Source: Methanosarcinales archaeon
GTDB taxonomy: Bacteria > Omnitrophota > Gorgyraeia > Duberdicusellales > 4484-171
Length of the DNA: 64,000 nt
Assembly: GCA_048634245.1 (NCBI GenBank)
Contig: JAIWAR010000003.1
Span: forward strand, 2,401 to 66,400
Reading direction: 5' to 3'
Shown: in pieces, positions 27,201 to 42,200 of the stretch
Layout of the letters: every line of letters starts with the position of its first letter
How positions within the stretch are numbered: position 1 is the stretch's first letter
Made by a program: the position numbers and the translations under genes
The notes under the pieces: generated by a model
Told to the model about the DNA's origin: nothing
Seen by the model: only the letters and a program-made list of their open reading frames with translations
Databases searched by the model: none

Positions 27201-30200
27201 TTATAACCTTAATAGTTAATTATAAACTTAAAAAGAAAAACAAATCAGGAGATGAAAATATCTTTTCAGAGCATACGGATGGCGGGAGTAATTATGGTAT
27301 TGTTAATGCGGTACAAAGAGGTTTACAAAAATTTAAGGGTGTAGTTAGTAAGGAAGAAGATACTGTATCTTCTGATAGGATTCAAGACGTTAGAGAATTT
27401 ATTAGAAGTTATTCCGATGATGAAAATATTTTGGGTATAGTTGTTTACGGCAGTGTAGCTGAAGGAACTGCTGTGTTAGCAAGTGATCTTGACTTTTTGG
27501 TAATAAAACAAAAAGGTGATACATTTTTAGCTTATGAGGAGAAAGATATGGAGTTCGTTAGACAGATGAAAGAAAAATTTAGTTATATAGAGCATTTACC
27601 AGGAGCGCCATTAATATTGAATTCATCTATCGATAAAGAACCATACCAATCCTTGGATGCCATTTTAATGTTATATTTTGTACCCTTTGAGACAATCGGT
27701 GCAATATTGTTAAATGGCCGTGAAGGAAGCACTTGTTTTATCGCTAATTGGCAAGTTATAGCCAGAAATCAAGAATTAGAAGATTTTGTTACGAATCTAA
27801 TTCAAGAAAGGATTAATTTAATAATTCAAAATGAGGAGAAAAAATCCAAAGAACAAATAAAAAAAGGCGACAGTGGCAGAGCAAAGGATGGTGGTGAGGA
27901 ACCTTCACTTGATATTTCTAATCTTTTCTCTGACACGATATTTAAGCATTTTAGCAGAGAAGATTTTACTAACCTTGCCTCGCAACTGGCAGAGATACAG
28001 GAAAGATTTCGTAAAGATATTATTTCTTGTTTGACAGCAGAAGGCCGGAGAGTATTAAGTCAATCCTGGCGTGAATGGGTTATTTCCTGGATTGCCGGGA
28101 TGAGTGATGAGGCAATTGATGTTGTTTTAGCTAAAGGCCGAACAGAGGAAGAAAAAATAGCTATTTTATTGAATCCTCTAGAATTCATAGATAAGAACCC
28201 GGTAATTGAACGCATGATAAAGATTGCCGATGATGTGCGGGTAGAAGGCATAGAAGCCTGGGTGCATATAGGAGTAGGCGGGTCAAAACTGCCTACGGAA
28301 TCAGTGGTGAATCCGCTTATTTCTTCGGAACACAATTTACTTACCCGTGAATCCCGGGGTGAGGTGCCAAGGATATTCTGGTCAGGCGACAGCTTCTCAC
28401 CGGAGAAGCCAACGGCTATCTTAAAAGCCTTAGAGGATTTAGGTATATTGTTTAAGACTAAGTTTAATGTTATCTCCAAGTCCGGAACAACCGGTGAGCC
28501 GATATACTGTTACCTTATCTACCGTGCCTATTTACAGGAGCGCTTGAGAGATTTGAGTATAAGGTATAAAGAAGAAACAGTTACAGAAGAAGAGCTTAAC
28601 CAGATGGGTTTAACAATCAAGGATATCACTCCGATCAAGGATGAAGAAGGGGAAGAATATTTCCGGACTGGAAAATTCTTTATTGCTACCACAGGATTTG
28701 ATAAAGGAAGTGCTTTATTTAAGCTGCATCACCGCGGCAGAAATGAAGAAGAATTAAAGAATTTGAAAGATCTCTACGCAGGAACAGAATTCGATCCCTT
28801 CTATGCCATACTACCGGTACCTGAAGGAATGGGCGGAAGATTCTCCGGATTTTCAGCAGTAGCTTTATTGCTTTTGGCAGTGGCCGCGAATAAGAATAAA
28901 AATCAGACGTCGTATTCACAAATAAAAGAAGCAATGTTGGGAGTAGAAAAAGCCTTAAAACGGATGTTAGATGAGCCGGTAGAAGATTTAGGGAATAATC
29001 CGGCTAATATTGCCTTTACCAATGCGGCTGTCAATTATATTGCTGAAATTGAAAAAGGCATGCGCACGCTTATTGTATATTATTATGACCCGGTAAGCGG
29101 GATGATATTACCTATACATAATGAGATACATGCTGAGTCAGTAGAGGAATTCGGAAGAGGCCTACATATTAATACTGTGGTAGGCTCACCATATAATCAC
29201 ACCGGATTAGAAGGAATAATTGCCGGAAGAAGGGATGTAATAGTACGTCTTGTAATGACCGGAAAGTATAACAAGGAAGAGAATCCTGTTGTTCCGAAGA
29301 GGAGCGGGATAGGAGGAGAAGTAGCCTCAGGTGCGGGCTTTAGTTTAGGCACAATCCAGAATATATCCTGTATATCTACAGGAACGAGCTTGACAAACCC
29401 GGTATTACCTGATGGCAGCCGTCCGAAAGACAGAAACGGCAGAGAATTAGGAGGCGTTCTTAATCATATTCAGGTTATACCCCAGATAAATGTATTTAAT
29501 ATATTTGATTATTATTATACTTTAGCTACAGAGATTGCTGTATACGGGCGGTTATTAAGGTTGGATATTGAAATAAAAGAAGACGGGGCAATAGTAGATT
29601 TAACTTATTTACAGCCTTGGGTTGTAGGGTATAAAGAGGAAACAAGGGAGAATTTGGCAAGGTTAAGAGCAGTAAAATTATTGAGAAATGGAGAAAATGC
29701 CGACGGCGGCACCCCCACCCGAATACTAGTCAGCGCGGCAAATGCTTTGATATTCCGGTCAGGAGGTTTTTCAACCTTTGTAAACAACTATGACCCGGAA
29801 GTGGAATTAATAGCATTTAAGAGCCTTAGCGGGGCTAAAGGGTTAAGCGCGAAACAATTTGTAAGTCAGAACTTCCGGTTAAAAGGGCCATTTAGCGAGT
29901 ATGAAGTTAAAGGCTTACATTTAGGTAAAAAGGTCACAATAAATAATCTCAAAATAGATACTTTAGTTATACCTGAATCCAAAGATTTAAACCGTCCGGA
30001 ACAAGTTATACTTTATTTTGGCCCTGAAACAGCCTGGCCGGAAGTGCTCAAAGCCTTAGAAGGGAAGATAGACATAGCCGTAGAATACGGCCCGGGAAAA
30101 GAAGCAGGAGGCAAATTCCAGCCGGCAAGGATAAAGTTATTCATAGAACAAGGCCTACGGGTAGTATGCGCATCACCGGTAAACAAAGAAGGAATCAAAG

Positions 30201-33200
30201 AGATGTTAGCAGGATTAGGATATGACCCTGATCAGGCCTTTAAAGAAAGTCTATACGCGGTAAACAGAGATATAGTAGATGAATCTGTATTAGTGGTAGA
30301 CACATTATCCTGTACATCAAATGCGATGCTGGGAATAATCTGGGCCTTACAGAAAGCGATTGGCATAGACACAGGCACAGGTTTTACCATACATGCAGCC
30401 ACGCCTTCAAACAGTGTATTCCCCTCAGTTAGCGGCAGAGACCGCAGCCTGTTAGACTCCTTAAGAGGGGAACCGATAATAGACAACATGCAACCGGCTT
30501 CTACAGGAGCAGCTAAGAATCTTTTTAAGATACTACCTGAGTTAGAAGGCCGCTTTTTAATAAAGGCCTACAGGGTAGGCACATACAGCGGGTCTTCATT
30601 CTTAATAGATGTAGTATTAAACAGGAGCGCCGGTTTAGAAGAAATCAACGGAAGCCTTAAAGATTTTGCAGACAACAAATCCGGAGGGGTAGTTAAATAT
30701 TGGCAAGGCATACCGGGAGTAGATGAGAATCCGCTTACCTCGAAATTGATTGTAGGCTGGCCCTATGTATCCATAATAGACGGGCTATTAACAGAAATGA
30801 TAGGTGATAGAAGAGTAGTTATCCAAGGATTGTATGATAATCAGTCTGCAGCGCCCGGGCAGATGCTTGGGCCTTGGGCTACGTGGTTAGGGAATGTAAG
30901 TAAAAGAGATGGAGGAGAAACCGACGGGGGCCTGCGTGAAAAATCTCTTGTAAGATTTAGGATTTTATCCGGCGCGTTTTTTTACCCGCGTTCAAAAACG
31001 CCTATAGCGTTGCAGAGAGATAAATTCCTTCAAAGGTTTGCGTTATCCGAAGAGACGGGTAGTATTTTAAAAGAAGAATATATTTGTGCTTACAGAATAT
31101 TGGAGCAATTGGGATTAGCGCCGGCATTGGATGAAAATAAAAAGAATGAGCTTATAAAAAGAGCGATAAATTCCACCATAGAAACAACTTATTTAAGCTC
31201 GCCTGCTTCTTATAATTCCCTTTATGATTTGATAAGGATATCTAAGCCGTCTTATTCAGGCGAGTCTTTAATTTTGCTCAGGATCTTTGCGGTTCACGAG
31301 TTTGTGCATTATTTAATCAAACACAATTTTACCTTAATAAAAAAGGCCTATCTTGCTTCGGTAGTAGCTAACCTGAGATATATAGAGCTAATTGGCCTTG
31401 AGAGTAGCTATAAGACTCCTGTTTTAAACGGACAGTTATTACTAAGCTCTGCAGGAAAAAGAGCAGTAGACTTAGCTGCGGTTGATTACGGCCGCCATAT
31501 TGCCGGCCTTATACCGGATTTATCAACTCAGAGAGAGATGATTTTATGTGAGGCTATAAAGCAATCTCTTCCTATTTGGGAGCAGTTATTATTTGGCAAA
31601 GCACTTGTATTGTATTCTAAAGCAAAAATAAGTTTTCATAAGATATTGGGCTTATATCCGGAATATCCCTGGTCATATTTTCAGGGAGCAGCTGAGGCGG
31701 GTTTATATTTAGGTACAGGAAAAAAGAATATATGCGGTGTAGAAGGCATAGACGAAAATCGTGACGGCAGCAGCAACGAAGTCACAAGGTCATCAGTTGA
31801 GGAGGTTTTTGACGAGGAAGTAAATAAGGAGAGCGCGAATGCCGATAATGATTTTCATAAAGCATTTATGGCGTGGAGAGAAAATTTTATTGTTCTACGT
31901 TCATCCTCAGAAATTCATGAACGGATGACTATAGAAGAAAACAAAAAAAATCATATAGTGGTTGGTTTATATAAAGTGTGGGAAGCTGGAGCAATTATAA
32001 GAGAGGGTATAATTAAAAATAGGAAGCCGAAAGATATGGCAGATTATGTTGAGTTACTTCTTAAGGAAGCTGCTTTAGAAAGAAAAGCGGGAGGGAGAGA
32101 TGATAATTATAGAGAATTAACAATATTATCAGAAAATTCCTTAGAAGTCGTTCTAATGGCAATAGAAGCTATAAAAGAAAAAATCCCAGTAAAAACTATT
32201 AACGATGAAGGTATTAAAGATTTTGTGGATTCGATTATACCAACTGAACTAAGACTTACGATAGAAAAAGTATTATCCCGGTCTTTATTTAATATAGATT
32301 TAAAATTAAAGGGGCTGCCTAGCTTGGAATTAGAAGCTGCTAAGCCTTGGATAAAGGAATATTTATCTTTTGGCGAAGAAGACGCGGTATCCGACCCGCG
32401 GGTTAATATTAATTTTACAGATAGAGTTAAATTATTAGAAGAAAGGGAATCATTCCTTTCTGATGCCGGCAGAGGCTATCTTATAAAATTGCAGGGTTCG
32501 ATAAAGAAAAAGAATTACAGACTTTTAGAAAAACTTAAGAAAGATTTTCCTTCCGTTAATAATCCTCATCTTGATTATTTCAAACCCCTACAGATAGGAA
32601 ATAAAACAGAACTAAAAGCTATAATTGAAAACTTGTCTGTTTTGCAAATTACTAAAGGATGTTCTCACGGTTGTAAAGGATGTTACTATAAAGCAGGCAA
32701 ACCGGTAAAAGCGATGCCATTTTACCGCATAATTCAAATTTTGGCAGCAGCTAAAGATCTAACTAATAACAAAATGATGAGTCGGGATATTCTATATAAG
32801 AATGGTATTGTACCTTTAATACTCTATCGCGATAGTGAAATGTTTGATTATTACGATCCTATTTATGATGCTGATGCGGGAGATGTTATGGCGGCAATTC
32901 TCGAGTATCATCCTAAACAGACAATTGGTATAACAACTAGAGGATGGTATTTGGGCGATCAAATAGGCATGAGAGCGGCAAAAAAAGTAGCGGAGCTGAT
33001 GAAGGATAATTCAATTTATATTAGATTTAGTTTAGACTTATATGATACTAAAAATAATTTATTCCAGTATATACGCCGTATGGTTAGAGTATTAAGTATA
33101 TTTTCAAAAGCAGGGTTTTCAAGACAGCAAAAGAGTATTATATATTCTTATGGAATTAACGGGGCTGATTTTGAGGCTATTTCCAGAATAGTCAATCTGA

Positions 33201-36200
33201 TAATATTTCTCACCTCAATAGATATATGTGAAAAAGAAAAGCGTGTTCGTCTGCCGCCTATAGGGATAAATAGCATGTCTTTTGAGAAATATGGTGGATT
33301 AAGAGAGTCTATTGATTCTTGTATCACAGGATTTGATATTATGCCGAATGGTCAAATTTCAAAAGGCGAAATGTCTGTTGATGGACAGTTAAAACTGATA
33401 GAGAAAAGGCTTTGGCAGTCAGAGGAGGCTATAGATATAACCCCACTTCTTCCTAGAAGAATTAAGTCTAAGTGTGAAGTAGAACCTATAATACTTGACG
33501 GCAGCAGAACGGAGGTAGGGCCACAGGCCGCAATAAGCTGCAGGTCACAAGCCATAAATCAGGAAGAGATACAAGATATTATTGTCTGTGACGGCGGGGA
33601 ATATAACGCGGCGGGAATTATCCCTGATCAACGTGCAGTATGGAGTCAAGATAAGAAGGCGGAACAGATTACGCCGCACGAATTTGCTAAGGCGATTCTA
33701 AATGATATACCAGAAGGGACAAATATTCTTTCTCTCGGATGTGGGAGGAAAGGTTTAGACGAAATGCTTTTGGCAAGAGCAGGACATCATGTCGTTGCTA
33801 TGGATTTTATAGGATCACGTATTAACGAATTGAAGGAAAAGATTAAGGGAGTAAAGATAGAGAATCTAGAAGCCAAGATTCAAGATATTGCTGAACCTTT
33901 CGATTTTTCAAATGAGTCCTTTGACGTAGTTTATAGTCATCTAAAAGCAAAGAAACCTTCCTTCCAAGACGGCGGACGCGGGCACAAGTCAATAAATAAT
34001 ACTGATGAAATTCCGCTTTCACCGTATGCTAAGTCAAGATTAAGCTTGCTAGGAACTTTTCTTCTTATTGTCTTTATAGGCTTTGGATTGCCCTTCACTT
34101 TGTATTTGCTGTATGTTCACTTAATGGAAAATAAGTTATCTTTAAATTTCAATACTTTTCTGATAGGTATACTTGTTGCCATCCCATATCTTTTTGGGAT
34201 TATTCCTTATATTTCGATGAAAATAAATGAAAAGAGGGTTGACGAAGAAAACAGAGAAGATTTCAGACAGTCGTTGGTTGTTAAAAAGGTACACGAAAAA
34301 ATTTTAAAGAATGGAGCACAGTTAAATACGCCAATACAGGGAGTGCAAACAGTAGAAAAGAATATTGCGGGGGGATGGGGTTTACATGAAGTAGAGTCAC
34401 AATTCGACCAGGTGTCGTGGGGAAATGTTAAAGGAGAAATTGAAGGGACAATTTATGGTATTTTTGGAGAGAAGTTTTCCGGGGATGTAAATGCGGATTT
34501 CAGGTCGAAAACTACACCAATACTGGATGATGAGGCAATATTTTTTAAACTTAGGAAAGATGATCAAGTGATAAGGATTATTTCTCCCAGTGTCGGGATG
34601 ATAGAAGCAGTAGTAAGAGAATATGTGAATAATTTGGCAGATAAATATCCCGAGGGCTCTCATACGAATATAGCAATAAAGGCAATGGCAGACGGCCCTT
34701 ATCCTATTACGAGGAATTTAAATCAGTTAAATCCTGCTTATATCCAGGATACTTTAAAATTGCTCAGTAAATCAGCTGATGACGAGCTTATTTCAGGGCG
34801 TTTTGTCGGGGTGGAAGCCCTTCCTTCTTCAGAAAAAAGGAATATATTCTGGGGTATCAATATCTTGCTTGAAAACCAAGAAGAGGGATTGGTTAATCAT
34901 CCTTTGTTTCCGGTTAATACGCTCCGGTCAATTTTTGAAAGACTTACGCCTTTATTTCCTAAGGGGAGTGAAGACGCAGAGTTAGACGCCCCGTTTGAAC
35001 GATTGCTGTCCGTAGGGAAATCAGAACATGACTATGATAAAGAACAAAGCGGTGTAGAAGGCATAGAGGAAAATAGTGACAGAGACAAGAGTGATAAAGA
35101 TGGAGGTGAATTCAATTGTGCAGAATTTAGTGCGATGGCAAAGATACTTAAAGAACAAGGAGTAAGGGGTGAATTTCATTTGAAGATTATTTTAAGATAT
35201 AAGACTAAAGAAGAGCTGGAAGATAGGGTCGCAGAAATTCTAAAAGTAATAGAAGTGATAGAAAAGTCAACCAGTATACCAGATTTTAGAATGTCTATGT
35301 CAAGCCGAGTCGCCATCCTCAAAACTTATCTTAAAAATAATAAAAAAGAAATATTCCCAGAAACCATTGTTTCCGGGCCGGTTATGGATAATTTCATAGA
35401 TGTTCTGAAGGGAAGAAATGAGTATCAGCAAATGAAAACAATTTCTGATGGCAGAGAAAGGACTTTGGAATCAGATGTGGGGATGTTTACTGTAAGTGAT
35501 TATAATGCTTTACAGAAGGAAGCTGAGACAAAAATTCTTCGTATATTAGAGAGAAGAGGGCTACGAATATTTAGGGAAATTGATTCTTCAAAGCAGCCAA
35601 GCGGCATTATGGATTGGCATAGAAAGTACATTTATGAATTCCTTGATAACTTTAATTTTCACGGCGGAATAAGGCTATTTTTAACGGGGGGACAATTTAG
35701 TGATTGTATTCTTAAAGCTTTCAGTGCCGCTCTTTTCTATGCCCTATATAAAAAGAATACGCCTATTCATATTATTTTAGTTGAAGAAGCTATAGCCGAT
35801 GGCGATAATCCCGGAATTAGAGAGGATTGTTATATAGACCTTATTAAGCAATTAAAGCTTAATTCAATTATTTTTGTTGATGGAGCAGTTGAGAGAGAAA
35901 ACAGGTTATATCCTGATAAGAATTTTGCTGTTGTAGTTTCTTTTTATACCACAGTGGATGAGTTTGAGAAATATTATCCGAACCAGCTTTGTTCATTGGA
36001 GGCGGATAATTATCAGATTATTAGGGATTTACTGGAGGAAAAGGAAATCCCTCAGAAAAAATCTGACGAAGTAATTGCTCATTTGGTAAGAATTACAGAA
36101 ACTACAGGGATAAGTCAGCTTCAGGCCATTACCTTTTTAGTTAAATTAATTACTTTCAAGCCGGTCTCAAGAGATATTAGCAGCTATAATGATTTAATCT

Positions 36201-39200
36201 TTGCGATAGAGCGAGCCGGAGAAGTTGTTGTTGGTGCTGTTGAAACCGTAGATAGTTGGTATAGACTGCAGGCGATTACTGCTTTAGATGAATTCTTTTC
36301 CTATGATTGGGTGTTAAAGCATATTAAAGGTTTGGATGATTTGCTTTCTGTGATAAAAGAAGTTAGAGATACGACTAAGGGGTCAGGCGAGTTTCAATTT
36401 GAAGCTATCGCTGTTTTAGGTAAATTAATTACTGTCGGGCCTAGTGCAAAAGACAGTAAAAACCTTGATGATCTGCTTTTTAGAATAAAGAGTATAGGAG
36501 ATGCGGTTGACAATGCTACTAGATCCGCGGGTGAATTTCAAGCAGAAGCTATTATTATTCTGTTTGAATTTATTAGTTCAGAATCTGTTTTGCAATGCGT
36601 TGGAAATTTTAGTGAATTGCTTTTTGCTTTGGACCGTATCGAAATATATATAGGCTATAAACAAGATTCGCAAACAACAAAAGCATTAGAAGATATAACT
36701 GTAAGTAATGTTTTTAATCCTGAAAAGTTAGAACATACAAGCAATTTCAGGCCGGTTGACTGCAAACAAGGAATAACTAATGCTCGTATTAACAATGACG
36801 GTGGTATAGAAAAGGCGGTAATAAAAGGCTATGAAAATATAGAAGAAAAAATCAAACCGCTTGTGCTTGTTATTCTGGATGGTTGGGGGTGTTCAAAGGA
36901 GCCTTTCGGTAACGCGATTGCGCAAGCCCAAACGCCTAATTACGATAGATTAGTAGAAAGCTGTCCTTCGACTATTCTTAAGGCCTCGGGAGAGGCAGTA
37001 GGTTTGCCTGCCGGTGTGATGGGGAATTCTGAAGTGGGCCATTTGAATATTGGCGCAGGATTAATAGTTCCTCAGGATGTATCAATAATTAATGCTGCCA
37101 TTGAGGACAATACTTTCTTCTCCAATAGTGTTTTAAAAGATATTACTATACATCTTAAGGCTAACCCCGGAAGCAGCCTTCATATTATGGGATTAATATC
37201 CGATGCGGTTATTCATTCCAGCATGGATCATCTTCTTGCTTTATTAACATTCGCTAAGAATGAAGGATTAGAGAGGGTATATATTGATGCTATTACTGAC
37301 GGAAGGGATTCTGACCGGGAAAGCAGTCTGCAGTGGATAGAAAATCTTCAGGAAGGGGCGAATAGAATCGGCACAGGAAAGATAGCAACGGGTATAGGGA
37401 GGTCTCGTCCTATGGATAGGGATAATAATTGGGGGGTGATTAAACCGGCATATAATTTGTACACTCAGGGAATAGCTGTTAACCGGGAAAAAGACGCCTT
37501 AACTGCTTTAAGAAAATCTCATGACAGAGGAATAACCGATGAATTCATAGAACCGACAGTAATAATTGGTGAAAATGGTGAGCCTCTGGCAATAATTAAG
37601 GATAATGATGTAGTTATATTTTTTAATTTCCGTGCTGACCGGGCCAGGCAGATAACCCGGGCTTTTATGGACAAAGATTTTAAAGGATTCAAACGTGAAA
37701 TTCAGCCTAAAGTTAAATGGGTTTGTATGACTGAGTATGATGAGACATTTTATCAGTTTGATAATCTTTCGGTGATGTCCCCGCCTCAAAAACTTGCTAA
37801 TACTTTGGCTGAGGTCTTGTCGAAAAATGGGCGTAGGCAATTGCATATTGCCGAAACACAAAAATTCGCGCATGTTACTTTCTTTTTCAACGGAAGGGAA
37901 GAAAAGCCTTTTAGCGGCGAAGAACGAATTCTTATCTCTTCCCTCAAAGACATCACCTTTGATAAAGCACCGGCAATGTCTGCCTATGAAGTTACAGAGG
38001 AGTTGATTAAAGAAATGCGAAATTATGATGTTTCCATAGTTAATATAGCCAATGCTGATATGGTAGGCCATACCGGAGTTTTGGAAGCAACTGTTACAGC
38101 AGTAGAGGTAGTGGATGAATGTGTAGGAAGGATAGTGGATGAAGTTGAAAAACAGGGCGGCATAGCTCTTATTATCGCTGACCACGGTAATGCTGAAGCT
38201 ATGGTTACGAAAAAAGGTAAGTCTCTTACTAAACATACTACAAATCCTGTGCCTTTTATTTTGGTGGATTCGCAGGGAACTTTAGGCAAAGTAGAGTTAA
38301 GAGAGGGAGCTTTGTGCGATGTTACGCCGACTATGTTAAAGATTTTAGGCATAGACCAGCCAAAAGAAATGACTGGCAGGAGTCTCATAATAAAAGCTGA
38401 CGGGGGCTGGGAGGTGAAGATTTTTGAGTCTGATGAAGAGCGTGATTGGGTAGCACTTAAAAAGTCGGATATCTCTAAGAGATTAATAGGAGAAGCCGAG
38501 GATTATGGTGATGTGCCAGACAATTTTATGTTTTTTATTCTTGTAGGAGACAGCAAAGCACATGGAGGAGCAGTAATTAATATAGAACATAGGCTGGGTT
38601 TTGAGGTTAAGTATTTTGATATTTTTCCACAAAGACAAGGTTTAGGAAGAGTACTCTGGAAACATATAGCAAAGGAGTTGCTTAAGGAGAGGTTTGAATA
38701 TGGGTATGTTACTCCCGAAGATAATAATGCAAGAAAGTTTTGGTTAAAACAAAAATTTTACGAAGTTAAGGGTAGAAGCTCGCTATATATTGATAAGGCA
38801 GGTTTAGAATATATAGCCTTCGGAAAAGGCCTTTTAGATAATGATTCTGCCGTATCTAAGGAAGTGACTTGTCGTGACGGAGGCACAAAAGAAGAGATTA
38901 TATTACTTTCTTCAGCAGAGACGGCTAATTTAAGGATTGTAGAAAAAGAGGAATTGATTCCGGATGCTATGGCCTTTATGGGGAAAGACTTTCGCGGGCA
39001 AAAGGGCTCTCTGGCCGTATTAAAGGAGTTGGTAAAAAAGGGCCTTGTGGCATATAACGGCCCTAAAGGGAAGGGTATTCAGTTAACTGAAGATGCCAAA
39101 GAGCTTTTAGATGCGGGTAAAATAGGAGAAAAAGTAGAGAAACCGGAAAAGAAAAGAATAATAAAGAAGGATATTTTTCTCTCTACAGCAGAATGGATTG

Positions 39201-42200
39201 TGCTTAATAAGGTGAGATTGGGATTAGGTTGTACTTTGAATGATTTTACCGGAGGTTATCAAGATGGAGCAGAACTACTCATAGAGAAAGGCCTCTTAGA
39301 GATTAGAGACGATGGTGTTTTAAAAACTACAGAATTTTATAAAAAATTATCTCGAGAAGGAAGAATTAAAAAGGAAACAGAAAAAAGCTCTAGGCCAGCC
39401 TGGACTATAAAGAGAGAAACTGCCGGGGTTAAGGTGCCGAGTAAAAGTATTTCTAAAAGTGAACTTTTTGGGGAATTTGTGAGGAGGGTAATAGAAAACA
39501 TCAACGGAGGGGAAAAGAGAGAAGGAATTTTTAAAGGAATTGAGAGAAAGGATTTAGGATATACCTCAATAAGTGGTTTCCGTAAGGCAAAGATAAGAGT
39601 CGATGCTTTTTTAGACGATATTATATTTGATTCCTATAATGATGAGCCGGTTTTAGCGGAAAGCATTAACCCTAAAAATATTATCCCTGTAAAGAAAGCT
39701 AAAGCGTTTAATGAGTTAAGGAATAAGGTAGTGCAGGAAACACTAGATGGAATGAATGGTTCTGAAGTTAGCTTAAGCGGAATATTTTGTATCTTTACGC
39801 TAACTTTATGGCGCAATATTTCTCGCAAACGAAAAGGAGGCAGTTTTGATATTGCTGTAGCCCCTTTAATCACAAAGGAAATCGTAGAACAACTGGGGTA
39901 TTCAGCAAAAATAATGCAGAAGAAGGGGCGTTTATATATTGTAGTAATTGACAAGAATAAAGGGAAAAAATATAGATTTGCCTTAAAAGAGACATTTGGG
40001 ATGAACGAGTTTCAAAGGGCGAGTTATATATCAGACGTCAAACACCGGCTATCTCTGCCTGAGAATGATTGCGGGAAAGACGGCGGCAAAGAATCGTTTG
40101 ACGCACAGGAAGAGTGGCTATCTTCTCTGCTAGAGAAGGTAAAAAACGGCAAAGCAGTTATTGCCGGCCTGGGAGCGACTTCCTTGCCGGATAAAGAGCA
40201 AGGTAAACCCATAGGTTGGGCATTGGCCTTGTTTTATCGTTTAGCCGGCAAACAACATTTAATTATCGGTTCATCTTCTAGCATTGGGAAAGCGCTTGAT
40301 GCGAAGAAATGGATTGAAGGTAATTTTAAAGAGCAAATAGAGAAATCTATAGATACAATGATGAATGAAGATGCGGCAAAAGCAGCGAATATAGTGGTGA
40401 TAGGCGTGCCCGCCCAATATACTCTTTCGACTTTAATTGAATTAAAGAATAGCGGCTTAAAAAATAAATTAATATGGGTATGCGGAGTGCCGATGCGAGA
40501 GCCGGAAGACTGGATAACCAGCAGAAGAAAGGGGAAAAAGGTGAAATTTAGATTTTATGAGAAGCCCTCTGAATATCTTGTTGAATATTTGCGGGGCAAT
40601 GAAGAATATATATCAAAATGCTCTGAGTGTGAATCTATGGGGGAAGTAATTGCGGTTATTATGGAAGGTACAGGCAACGTGGTAGTAAACGCCGGCAATA
40701 ATATACCGGCATTTAAAATGGGAAGAAAAGATATTCTTCCTTACGAAGTGGAAGTATGTACTGATAATGCTGCGGCCGGGCAAATAGTTTCTCGGTTACT
40801 TAAGATGGTAGATGAGAATTTAGAGCCGGTTATACATAAATTAAGCTATAGTTACCGGATGGAGTCAAGAACTCCCTGGTATGCGATGTATCCTGTGCTT
40901 TTGAAATTAACTATTGAGCAGTTTGAAAAGTTAAGAAAAAAAATTGGATTAGTACATTTTGAGCGCTCAAGAAGAGTTACTTTTAGAAGAACAAGAGGAT
41001 TGCTTAAAGAGTTGGTTGGTTCTGAAGTTCAATCTGCTAAAAGCCCGAAGCGGTTTGAGGATGGGGGAAGAATCAGCATTAAAAATAATCAAGCCTGGCA
41101 GCAATTAAAGGACGGAGACCTCTCCGTGGTTGGATGGCACCGTTCGCTGCTAGGTCTGTTTTCTTTTGCGGGTAAACAACTACCCGAATATTCAGCACTT
41201 TTATTCTACACTCCGCCGAAAAAAGAATTAATAGCTATTGTAGCTTTGCTGTCCTTACCAATTATTTTTGAATATTTCCTAGCCTTCTTACCTATATATG
41301 GCTTCCCTTTGCAAATTATAGTTCTTGTGGGACTTTTTAATTCAGCACCTAAAGAAGGCAAACCCAAGAATAATGACACAAAAGGGTGGAAAGAAGCGAT
41401 GGGAGAATTAAGAAAAGATTTTATACAACGAGAAGAAAATTTAAAAGTTGTAATGGAAACTGAATTTAATAAGAAAATAGATGATTTGAGGAAAGATTTT
41501 GAAGAAAAGACCGCAATAGATTCAGGTATTAGGAATGAGATGAATTATGCAGATTCTAGTAAAAATGAAAATTATGAAACTGCAACTATAGAAGTGCTTA
41601 TAAAAAAGGCAGTAATAACAAATGGTGTAAGTTATTTTGTTAATAATGTAAATAATTTTATAGATTTATTTATAGATATTATTGCAGCGAGAAAGAACTT
41701 TGCTAAAGACGAACATATTTTAGGCGCGCTTAATAATAATATAAGCGAGAGGATAGAGGGTAGATTACGTAAGCCATATAATTGTTTTCTCGATTTTTTA
41801 GAAAGTCAATTTCTTGTAGATAAAATTATTAAGATGTTAAGTAAATGCAACAAGGTTAGAATAGAAGAAGTCAACGGTTTTAAATCAGCAATTGTAGAAT
41901 TAGGAGCAACCAGCAAAGCCTATAATAAAATTAATAAAAGAAGAGGCATAAAGAGAAGAATGTATCTGTATAAGATGAAATTGAAAAAGGAAAATTTAGA
42001 AAATCTTCCTGCCGGCTCAATGTTAATTTTGGAAGACAAGAAAAGCAATCGTTTTCACGCAGTTCGTTATGTAGAATTTAAGAATAATAAAGTTGAAGTT
42101 ATCGATAGTGACCCTGTGAGCCATAAACAAGGACCAAAAGAAATAGAAATGAAGGATATTTTAACCGACGAAAACGGAAAAATCATTGTTGTTACTTTTG

